Shown here piece by piece: positions 45,363-53,506 of a stretch of 64,000 nt of DNA. Position numbers and translations under genes: made by a program. Position 1 is the stretch's first letter, and each line of letters begins with the position of its first letter. This DNA is from an uncultured Anaerolineales bacterium (GTDB taxonomy: Bacteria > Chloroflexota > Anaerolineae > Anaerolineales > UBA11858), in the NCBI GenBank assembly GCA_964622645.1, contig CAZUSV010000005.1:1122-65121 (forward strand), given 5' to 3'. The notes under the pieces are model-generated. The model was not told the origin of the DNA. It searched no databases and saw nothing but the letters and a program-made list of their open reading frames with translations.

Positions 45363-46723
45363 ATTTGCCTACCGCATTTGGCACAGAACTTCCCCCCAAA
45401 GCGCAATGCACTGCCACAATGCCGGCAGAATGATGCTGATGGCGTATCAACAACTACCGTCGAATCCTGGGATCCCCCGCAACTGGCACAGAATCGCGCC
45501 CCAGAACGCAGGGGTTGCCCACAATGCACACACTGAACTGTCTGAGACGGCTGGACAACCGCAGGAGGGGAGATCACTGGTTGAGGTGGAGTGGGCACGG
45601 CGGGTTTCAATTGGGACTTCCAGCGCATCCATGTTTGTGTAGAAGCAGGCACAATCCATGCCAACAACAGGGGTAACAAGAGAAGTAACCCCACTAGCGT
45701 GTCAGACACTATATTCAATAAATGAACTTCGAGATATTCCCCACCCCCACTCAGCCCACCCACGGTAACGACGATATCGCGCCGGGTGCCGTCGTAGGTA
45801 GGGCGCGGACTATGATATGTAATCACGTACTCGTTCTGGGTAGCCTGAGAAAGCGACTCGTAAAGATCGGCCAATTGATCACCTGTAGGACTGTGAAAAA
45901 AATCACCCCCAGTTTTCGATGCGACATACAGCAACCTCTCTTTGTCATATCCATCAGAACCAAACTTTTGCGCTGGTTGGCGACCAAGTGCAATAGCATA
46001 GACCGGAGTTTCAACAGACTGCATCCTAAAAAGCGCATCATCGAAAGAATGCGCGCTTCCTCTTCCTTCGCTGCGAAGTTCTGCACTTTCGCGGCAATCG
46101 ATGCCATCGGAGAGTAATATCACACTCTTACGACCTGCGATTGGAGCCACAATTTCTGCCGTGTAATGAATTCCATCATACCAAGCAGTACACTCCCCAG
46201 GGATAAGCGAACGAATTTGAGTTTTGAGTTTTTCCCGATCACTCGTAAAATCCTGAATCAGGTAAACTTCATCATCGAAGGCAATAACGGCGGCTTGATC
46301 TTGACCACGCATCAATTCAATGAACGTTTGCGCAGCGGATTGAGCACTTTCTAATTTCCCTTCGACTTCCATACTACTACTCTTATCCATCAACAAGACA
46401 GTGTAGATAGTTTCATAGTTTACTCCACTGAAGGCGACGATTTCTACACCCTTGCTATCCTCATTGACGCGAAAATATTCCCTTGCCAAGCCTTCCACGC
46501 GCACTCCGGTGGCATCCAGTACACGCACGTAAACCACCACCTGAGGATAGGCGGAGTTATCCACCTGAGTAATCTCGATGCTGGCAACTTCATCCACAGG
46601 GGATTGGGCGAGAACTATTTCTCCTCCAAATGTGGATAGCAACAGAAGTAGAATCAGGAATAAATATCGGTTAGATTTCATGGTTTTCATTACCATCTTC
46701 AAATTGATAACCAATGCCGACAT
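45359..46723 (-). CDS. Signal peptide-vWA-TM-double zinc ribbon protein (copy 3)
   Basis: MIDAS DKSSS and the same architecture. The true start is probably 46681-46696. The stop overlaps the next ATG (ATGA). Confidence 0.9.
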   Translation of the reverse strand: MSALVINLKMVMKTMKSNRYLFLILLLLLSTFGGEIVLAQSPVDEVASIEITQVDNSAYPQVVVYVRVLDATGVRVEGLAREYFRVNEDSKGVEIVAFSGVNYETIYTVLLMDKSSSMEVEGKLESAQSAAQTFIELMRGQDQAAVIAFDDEVYLIQDFTSDREKLKTQIRSLIPGECTAWYDGIHYTAEIVAPIAGRKSVILLSDGIDCRESAELRSEGRGSAHSFDDALFRMQSVETPVYAIALGRQPAQKFGSDGYDKERLLYVASKTGGDFFHSPTGDQLADLYESLSQATQNEYVITYHSPRPTYDGTRRDIVVTVGGLSGGGEYLEVHLLNIVSDTLVGLLLLLPLLLAWIVPASTQTWMRWKSQLKPAVPTPPQPVISPPAVVQPSQTVQCVHCGQPLRSGARFCASCGGSQDSTVVVDTPSASFCRHCGSALRFGGKFCAKCGRQI

Positions 46724-46751
46724 CCAAACCCCATTACTGTGAGCTAAAACC

Positions 46752-48017
46752 TCATCCTATCTGCCTGCCGCATTTAGCACAGAATTTGGCTCCAGCGCGC
46801 AAAGTATTACCACAGTGCCGGCAGAATTGTGCCGACGGCGTTCCAGTAACTACTGGCAAATCTTGGGATTTCCCGCAACTGGCACAGAAGCGCGCGCCAG
46901 AGCGCAGGGGTTGCCCACAATGCACACACTGAACTACCTGGGGGCTGTCACTCACTGGAGGAGAACCCACAGGTTGAATTGGTAGGGATACAGCGGGTTG
47001 TAATCGGGATTTACGGCGCATCCAAATCTGTACAGAAGCAGGGACAAGCCATGCTAACAACAAAGGTAATAAGAGTAGAAACCCCGCCAGCGGATCAGAG
47101 GCGATATTCAACAAATGAACTTCGAGATATTCCCCACCCCCGCTCTGCCCGCCGACACTGACGACGATATCGCGCCGGGTGCCGTCGTAGGTCGGCCGCG
47201 GGCTGCGATAAGTGATGACATACTCATCTTGGGTGGTACGGGACAGATTTGTATACAATTCCTCTAACTCGCTAGACGAAGGGCTGGCATAAAATTCGCC
47301 ACCGGTTTCCTGGGCCATACGGTTGAGTTCATAGGCATCATAATCCCCCGCCTCGCCCAGCCCAATGGTATAGACTGGTATCTCGGCATCCACCGCTATA
47401 CCCAGCACCTGCCTGAAGGAGTGACGACTCTCATTATCTAAACCATCAGAAAGCAATATTGCACTTTTGCGGCCAGCGATGGATGTAAGCTGATCGATAG
47501 CTTCTACAATAGCATCGTACCAGGCTGTGCCACCTCCGGTGTATAACTCCTGAATAGTATTTTTTAGCAAATTTTTATTCGTGGTCAAGGAGCGGCGCAA
47601 AGAGACAATATCATCGAAAACAATCAAGCCAGCCTGATCCTGCTCGCGCATCAGATCCACAAAGGTTAGAGCAGCATCTTTGGCCCCTGCGAGCTTATCC
47701 CCCGACATGCTGCCGCTGATATCTATCACCAGCATGGTCACAATAGAGCCTTCGTTATAAGCTTCGAAAGCGATGATTTCTACGGGTGTGCCGTCTTCAC
47801 TTAATTCAAAGTTTTCCTGAATTAGACCGGAGACTCGCTGACCGTCAGCATCCAGGGCACGCACATACAATGTTACTTCTGGATAGTTAGAGTTATCAAC
47901 CTGGGCAATTTCGATCCTGGTGACTTCATCCACGGGAGATTGGGCAAGAACAGGATCCTCACCTACACTAAAACTCAACAAAAACAGGAAAACAAATAAG
48001 AATTGACGAGTTTTCAT
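46752..48017 (-). CDS. Signal peptide-vWA-TM-double zinc ribbon protein (copy 2)
   Basis: MIDAS DISGS, GGGTAWYDA and LLSDG. Start moved to ATG 48017 (AGGTGA RBS; MKTRQF signal peptide). It shares a 33 bp identical stretch, 46903..46935 with 45507..45539. Confidence 0.9.
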   Translation of the reverse strand: MKTRQFLFVFLFLLSFSVGEDPVLAQSPVDEVTRIEIAQVDNSNYPEVTLYVRALDADGQRVSGLIQENFELSEDGTPVEIIAFEAYNEGSIVTMLVIDISGSMSGDKLAGAKDAALTFVDLMREQDQAGLIVFDDIVSLRRSLTTNKNLLKNTIQELYTGGGTAWYDAIVEAIDQLTSIAGRKSAILLSDGLDNESRHSFRQVLGIAVDAEIPVYTIGLGEAGDYDAYELNRMAQETGGEFYASPSSSELEELYTNLSRTTQDEYVITYRSPRPTYDGTRRDIVVSVGGQSGGGEYLEVHLLNIASDPLAGFLLLLPLLLAWLVPASVQIWMRRKSRLQPAVSLPIQPVGSPPVSDSPQVVQCVHCGQPLRSGARFCASCGKSQDLPVVTGTPSAQFCRHCGNTLRAGAKFCAKCGRQIG

Positions 48018-48085
48018 GCTTGAATCACCTACTTCCAAAATATACTTGAGGTTGATATTCACGCCTTTCCACCAGGAAGGTTGCA

Positions 48086-49381
48086 TCATCCAACTGGCTT
48101 ACCACATTTCGCACAGAATCTGACTCCAGGCCGCAAGGTTCCTCCACAATGACGGCAGTAAGAGGCCGAAGGAGGACTGGGTGTTGAAGTAGCTGTCAAT
48201 TGATCAATAAGTTGCCCGCATCCCGAGCAGAAGCGCGCTTCTGCTCGAAGAGGTTGGTTGCAGTTACTACAACGTAGTTCATCGATTCGAGGATGTACAA
48301 CATCACGACGATTTAGAACCTTCACGGATACTGGCACAATCAGAGCCAACAACAATGGCAATATAAACAGCACCCCCACCAGCGGATCGGAGACGATATT
48401 CAACAAATGTTTTTCGACGTATTCCCCGCTGCCGCTCTGTCCGCTAACAGTGACGATAATTGCACGTCGAGTACCATCATAGGTAGGGCGCGGGCTGGTA
48501 TAAGTAATCCGATATTGACTGGCAATGGCTTCCCCAATATCTTCGATAATGCCTGTGAAATCGGGATTACGGTCTATATCATAAAATGTCCCGCCTGTTT
48601 CGGTGGATAAGTTTATAAATTCGCGGTAATTAGGTGTAACAGCATAAAGAGAAACATTCTCTTGAGATAACATCGTCAACATGCGAGCTTCTGTCAGATC
48701 GGGATCATCGAAGCTTTGTCCACCGTCGGGGTAATCGCCATAGTGATGGGGAAGGGCATCGGTTATTAGAATAAAGATTTTCTGGGAATCAGCCCGAAAC
48801 TCCATTTGTAAAGCACGTTTGATCGCGCCATAGTCATTCTCTGGATCGGCGTCACCCCCTTCCGCATCCAACTGACTGACCCAATCCTTGAATTCTTCTG
48901 GATCCCCTGTCAGGGAGCCATCCGATTTCTTGACTTGCAAGACACGATCTGCAAAGGTCACCAATCCTAAATGAGAATCACGCCCCTTACTGGCAAGTTC
49001 GTCGGCAAAAGCAATACAGGTTCTGATCACTCCATCGATTTCTTGTCTCATGCTGCCGGTAGTATCAAACACATAGACAATATCTACCGGACGAGGATCG
49101 CCAATTCCTGCAAAATCAACCATCTCCACAGCTTCGCTATCTTCGGTGATATGGAAATCTTCTTCCATCAACCCGGTAACGTAATCACCTCTATCATCAG
49201 TCACAGATACGTAGACCGTGATGTTGGGATAACCAGAGGCATCCAGCTGACCAACTGTGACGGTCAGATTATCTGGTATCTCTTCCTGGGCGTAACTGGA
49301 AGTGGGAACGAAATTTACAAGCACAACGAATATAAAGGTAACGAGCAGGATCACGGGTGGGAAGTGTTTCTGTACAATCAT
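48086..49381 (-). CDS. Signal peptide-vWA-TM-double zinc ribbon protein (copy 1, different vWA subfamily)
   Basis: DIVYVFDTTGSM, GGDADPEN and ILITDALPH, with the shared SPRPTYDGTRR and C-terminal zinc ribbons. Confidence 0.9.
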   Translation of the reverse strand: MIVQKHFPPVILLVTFIFVVLVNFVPTSSYAQEEIPDNLTVTVGQLDASGYPNITVYVSVTDDRGDYVTGLMEEDFHITEDSEAVEMVDFAGIGDPRPVDIVYVFDTTGSMRQEIDGVIRTCIAFADELASKGRDSHLGLVTFADRVLQVKKSDGSLTGDPEEFKDWVSQLDAEGGDADPENDYGAIKRALQMEFRADSQKIFILITDALPHHYGDYPDGGQSFDDPDLTEARMLTMLSQENVSLYAVTPNYREFINLSTETGGTFYDIDRNPDFTGIIEDIGEAIASQYRITYTSPRPTYDGTRRAIIVTVSGQSGSGEYVEKHLLNIVSDPLVGVLFILPLLLALIVPVSVKVLNRRDVVHPRIDELRCSNCNQPLRAEARFCSGCGQLIDQLTATSTPSPPSASYCRHCGGTLRPGVRFCAKCGKPVG

Positions 49382-49384
49382 GTC

Positions 49385-50245
49385 TTACTTAGCCCGAAAA
49401 CTCAGTAACGTTTCTCCCATTTGGATTTGAGCTTTCTGCCCAAGGGGAGCCTGCTCCCCCGATGACACCAGCGCCTGATTGACGGTAAAAGGCAGGTCGC
49501 CGTGGTTGTAAATAAAAAAACCTTGTTGAGTTTTGCTAACGAGGGCCTGCCTTTTATCCACACTTTTGTCGGGCACATAAACCTCGCAGGCATCAGATGA
49601 TCCAATCTGGGTGTCACCAATGACTGAGATTTCGGTGTTCGCTCGGTGACCGGTGAGGACCACGATCAAGCCTTCGCGGGCGATCTCGATGGTCAGGGGG
49701 ATGATACTCCCCAGACTCATACCGATCAGGATCAATCCCACGGCGCTGAGATACACCTGGGCCTCGGCGCTCTGCTCCAGAAAGGCCTGGGTGAAAACTT
49801 CATACAAGGCACCTCCTACTAACCCGGCTAATGTTCCACCGATCAAACCGTAGAAGGCTCGTTTGAACTTGAAGCTGAGAACACCCTGTCCTAACCCAAG
49901 AAAGAGGCCCAAGGCCATCCATCCCAACATCCGGGCGATCAAGCCACCCTGGATAAGTAAGAAGGTGATCCCGCCAAAGAGAAGTCCGAAGCCACCACCG
50001 ATTACGCCGGCGATTACCCCCCGGAATCCACCTGTGATGGTGCGCAATACTGAGCGTTTGATAAACAACCCTTCAACCATACCCAACGCGCCGCCGATAA
50101 ACAGACCGATACCCGCACCCACGAAAGCATTCGCCAGATGCACTTCCCACTCACCAGTAGAGATCATACCCACAACCAGCCAGGCCAGCAGCCCGCCAAT
50201 CGCGCCGAAGACGGCGTTGTAATAAATCTGCCAAGATTTTGTCAT
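49385..50245 (-). CDS. Gly-rich multi-TM protein with degenerate C-terminal FHA domain
   Basis: About 6 GxxxG-rich TM helices, then TQIGSSDACEVYVPDKSVDKRQALV...QIQMGETLLSF. Confidence 0.8.
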   Translation of the reverse strand: MTKSWQIYYNAVFGAIGGLLAWLVVGMISTGEWEVHLANAFVGAGIGLFIGGALGMVEGLFIKRSVLRTITGGFRGVIAGVIGGGFGLLFGGITFLLIQGGLIARMLGWMALGLFLGLGQGVLSFKFKRAFYGLIGGTLAGLVGGALYEVFTQAFLEQSAEAQVYLSAVGLILIGMSLGSIIPLTIEIAREGLIVVLTGHRANTEISVIGDTQIGSSDACEVYVPDKSVDKRQALVSKTQQGFFIYNHGDLPFTVNQALVSSGEQAPLGQKAQIQMGETLLSFRAK

Positions 50246-50260
50246 CTCGTCACTCTCCTC

Positions 50261-51970
50261 TTAAGGACCAATTGTGACTCCAGATAAATCAGGATTTGAA
50301 TCATCGACACGTACAGGCTGCTCCGAGCCATATAATACAAGTACGTTTCTCAGTAATGATCCGCTGCTAACATCGTCGCGAAACACCAAGCCGTCCCAAT
50401 CACCACTTAAAGGCATGGTACTTGAACCGTCATTGTTCGTATCTCCTCCAAGGCTATCATCGTTAATCGATGTAAAAGTAATCGGTGCATCAGGCAGCCC
50501 ATCCGCCTGGAGAACTCCATAAATATAGAATTGAATCCAACTACCTTTTACCTTGATTACCACTCCAGGGTCAATGGTCATAGTAGCGCGAGCATCCAGG
50601 GTAATATCATCAAGGAAAATATAGGGAACACCAGCCACCTGCAAGTGAGCGCTACTCCAGGTTTTTGAAGCTACCTGAATTCCGTTAGCATTATTTTTCT
50701 CCATGGCCAAATTAGATAGTGTAGGCGAGGCATTATCCAGATAAACCGGACCACCATCACCACCCCCGCCATAATAGAAGGCTACCTGGTCTAATATATT
50801 TTCAGCATCTCTACTCTGATCTCGAAAATAAATCACATCCCAATCACCGGGTAGGGGAACTTGGGCATCAGCGTCATTGTTTGTATCCCCCAAGACAGAA
50901 TCATCGTAAAGAGAAGTGAATATTATTTCAGAGGTTATATCTCCCTGCGCCACTATTGCCCCTTCAACATAAATCTGCAGTGCTCTTCCGTGTAACTTGA
51001 TAACCACACCGGGACCAATTGTGATAGTGGCGCGTTCATCGATTGTCAAATCATCTAAAAGAATATACGGGGTTCCTACTGTTTTCCAATAGTTACTACC
51101 CCAGGTCGTAGCTGCCAGGTGTATACCGTTAGCATTGTTTTTATCCATGGCTAAGGCATGTAATGTAGGAGAAGCATTTTCAAGATAAACCGGCCCACCC
51201 TCTCCACCACCACCGTAGCGGAATTCGACAAAAACCATGGAAGATTGACCATCCTGGCTCTGATCACGAAAATATACTGCATCCCAATCACCAGGCAAAG
51301 GCGCTTCTGCACCACCATCCTGATCTGTATCCCCGCCCACTGTATCGTCGTGCAAGGAAGTAAAAACGATTGCGTTATCCGCAGTTCCCTCAGCTTGCAA
51401 TATCCCATTGACATAAAGTTGAGTACTGCGCCCGATCAGTTTGACAATAACTCCAGGTTCAATGAATAGTGTGGCATCATCTTGAATCGTCAAGTCCTCT
51501 GTCACTACATAAAGATTCCCAAAGGTCCATCTCTCGACACCCTCCACTTTTCCTCTGCGCTCAATAATATTATAGCCGTCCGAGGGAGAAACAATTGGAA
51601 GATGTGAATTGAATGCTGCCGCAGATGAAGCATCAATAGAAGAAGTGGATGTAGATGTAGGGGGAGCATCCGTAACTACAGGCGAAGAAGCAGTATCCAA
51701 AGCCGTTGGCGATACGGAAGTTAATTCAATTGTGGATGTAGCAGACTCAGCTAAAGGTGGTGAGATAGTCGATGTACTTGAATGAGCCGCGTGAGTTGAA
51801 GCATTTGTCTCAGATGGCAACACTAGGGTGTCGGACGCAGCAGGTGTTCTGGTAGGTTCGTTTAAAAGATACAACCCCGTCAAACCAACAACATAACATA
51901 TTGCCAACAACAGTACACTGCCTACCAGGGTAAATATTTTGGTTCTTTTGGACAGTTTTGCGAATCTCAT
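50261..51970 (-). CDS. Membrane-anchored extracellular parallel beta-helix repeat protein
   Basis: Start moved to ATG 51970 (AAGGA RBS). N-terminal TM and S/T linker, then about 3 copies of a ~143 aa unit containing TIEPGVIVK...IVFTSLHDD.VGGDT..DG...PGDWD. Confidence 0.85.
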   Translation of the reverse strand: MRFAKLSKRTKIFTLVGSVLLLAICYVVGLTGLYLLNEPTRTPAASDTLVLPSETNASTHAAHSSTSTISPPLAESATSTIELTSVSPTALDTASSPVVTDAPPTSTSTSSIDASSAAAFNSHLPIVSPSDGYNIIERRGKVEGVERWTFGNLYVVTEDLTIQDDATLFIEPGVIVKLIGRSTQLYVNGILQAEGTADNAIVFTSLHDDTVGGDTDQDGGAEAPLPGDWDAVYFRDQSQDGQSSMVFVEFRYGGGGEGGPVYLENASPTLHALAMDKNNANGIHLAATTWGSNYWKTVGTPYILLDDLTIDERATITIGPGVVIKLHGRALQIYVEGAIVAQGDITSEIIFTSLYDDSVLGDTNNDADAQVPLPGDWDVIYFRDQSRDAENILDQVAFYYGGGGDGGPVYLDNASPTLSNLAMEKNNANGIQVASKTWSSAHLQVAGVPYIFLDDITLDARATMTIDPGVVIKVKGSWIQFYIYGVLQADGLPDAPITFTSINDDSLGGDTNNDGSSTMPLSGDWDGLVFRDDVSSGSLLRNVLVLYGSEQPVRVDDSNPDLSGVTIGP

Positions 51971-52010
51971 AAGAAATCCTTTCGAAATAAGAACAAAGAG
52001 TGGCAAATAT

Positions 52011-53357
52011 TTATCCGCTGGTAATCGTTCGGAACCAGTCAGCCCCTGTAAGCAAGGTACCCAGCATAGCCCCAATGAGCGATCCAATAAAAACTGCAAT
52101 TCCGCCAATGAGCGTTGGCCCTTCCGAAAAAGATTCTAAGCTCACTAATAGATTCAAAGCCAATCCTGATGCTAAGGTCAAGCCAGCAGTCACCAACAAG
52201 CGAGGCAAGAAGATTGAATCATCCAGGCTCACTCGCTGCCCAACAAATGCTCCAAACGTGGTACCAATTCCTCCAAATAGAATTATTCCTAAAACAATTA
52301 CTGTACCTAACAAGCCATCACTCTCTAGAAAGAAAACCGGAGAAGCCGCCCCAACGATTCCCAACAATCCTATCACTGAGGCACCTCCAAATACCGCTCC
52401 CCAACGGAAAGGGGATTTCAACTGCAATCGATGACCAGCTCTGGAAGTAGAAAGTACCGGTTGTGGCTGACCAGGCGAAGAAGAAACAACGGCCCCGGGA
52501 TGTTTTTGTGGTGAGGCCGTTTGTTGAGGACCAGTTCTTTGTAATAACGTATTTTGGAGAGCAGAGATTGATGGAAATCTATTGGCAGGATCAGGTTCTA
52601 TGGCTTTCATAATAGACTGGCTGGTCGGTATACTGATTGCCGGATTGATCGATCGCGGCGGTATAACCATAGCAGACACTTTGCTCCCCGATGGTGACGA
52701 AACAATCCGGCTGATGCTTTCCGGCAGTATTTTTCCCGTCAGCACAGTATACAATGTAGCGCCCAGGGAATAGATGTCCGAGCGAGGTGTTGTGCCGCCT
52801 CCGATATACTGTTCAGGCGGAGAAAATCCCGGGGTTACAGCTCGAGCTCCAGTTGTTGTGGGTTGACCGGCGGCATATACTTTGGCAATCCCAAAATCTA
52901 CTAACACAGCTTTTCCATGAGGAGTGATGCGTATATTGGTCGGCTTGATATCTCGGTGAACGATTGGGGGAGTCTGGCTATGCAAAAATCCCAACGCATC
53001 ACAAATATCCTTGATCCACTCCAAAACTTGTCGCTCAGGTAATGGTCCCTGCAGATCTAACATCGTTTGCAGATCTTCTCCCTCGACGAAATCCATCACC
53101 AGATACTGCCCTTGGCCCGGGATTTCAAAGTGATCAATCACACGCGGCAGATTGGCATGTGTCAGACCGGACAAAAGTTGAGCCTCGCGGAAAAACTGGC
53201 GTTTCGCCTCCTCGGTGGTCTCGATATTCTCTTTCAGCGCATAAGGTCTCTGCAAGTTGATATCCCACACCCGATAGACCGCGCCAAAACCTCCCTGGCC
53301 GAGGGATTTTACGATTCGGTAACGGTTGTTTAAGACACTTCCAGTCTGAAGAGGCAT
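52011..53357 (-). CDS. Ser/Thr kinase with C-terminal 4-TM domain
   Basis: MPLQTGSVLNNRYRIVKSLGQGGFG, HRDIKPTN and DFGIAK, then Gly-rich TM helices. Confidence 0.94.
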   Translation of the reverse strand: MPLQTGSVLNNRYRIVKSLGQGGFGAVYRVWDINLQRPYALKENIETTEEAKRQFFREAQLLSGLTHANLPRVIDHFEIPGQGQYLVMDFVEGEDLQTMLDLQGPLPERQVLEWIKDICDALGFLHSQTPPIVHRDIKPTNIRITPHGKAVLVDFGIAKVYAAGQPTTTGARAVTPGFSPPEQYIGGGTTPRSDIYSLGATLYTVLTGKILPESISRIVSSPSGSKVSAMVIPPRSINPAISIPTSQSIMKAIEPDPANRFPSISALQNTLLQRTGPQQTASPQKHPGAVVSSSPGQPQPVLSTSRAGHRLQLKSPFRWGAVFGGASVIGLLGIVGAASPVFFLESDGLLGTVIVLGIILFGGIGTTFGAFVGQRVSLDDSIFLPRLLVTAGLTLASGLALNLLVSLESFSEGPTLIGGIAVFIGSLIGAMLGTLLTGADWFRTITSG

Positions 53358-53506
53358 GAATTTAACTCCTAGTGTTATGTTCTATCAACTGGTTCTATTT
53401 CCATGACTACCCCCTAACCGCAGATTTGGAAAACATCTGTTTATACCTATCCAGGAAAATCAACTCACGCCATCACACACAAGCACTAAGAGTAGTGAGG
53501 ATACAA

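Noticed and set aside
51971-52108. N-terminal extensions given by the ORF track (also 24541..24585 and 48018..48089)
   Set aside because: They overlap upstream genes or precede the signal/TM segment. Downstream ATGs with an RBS or ATGA coupling fit better.
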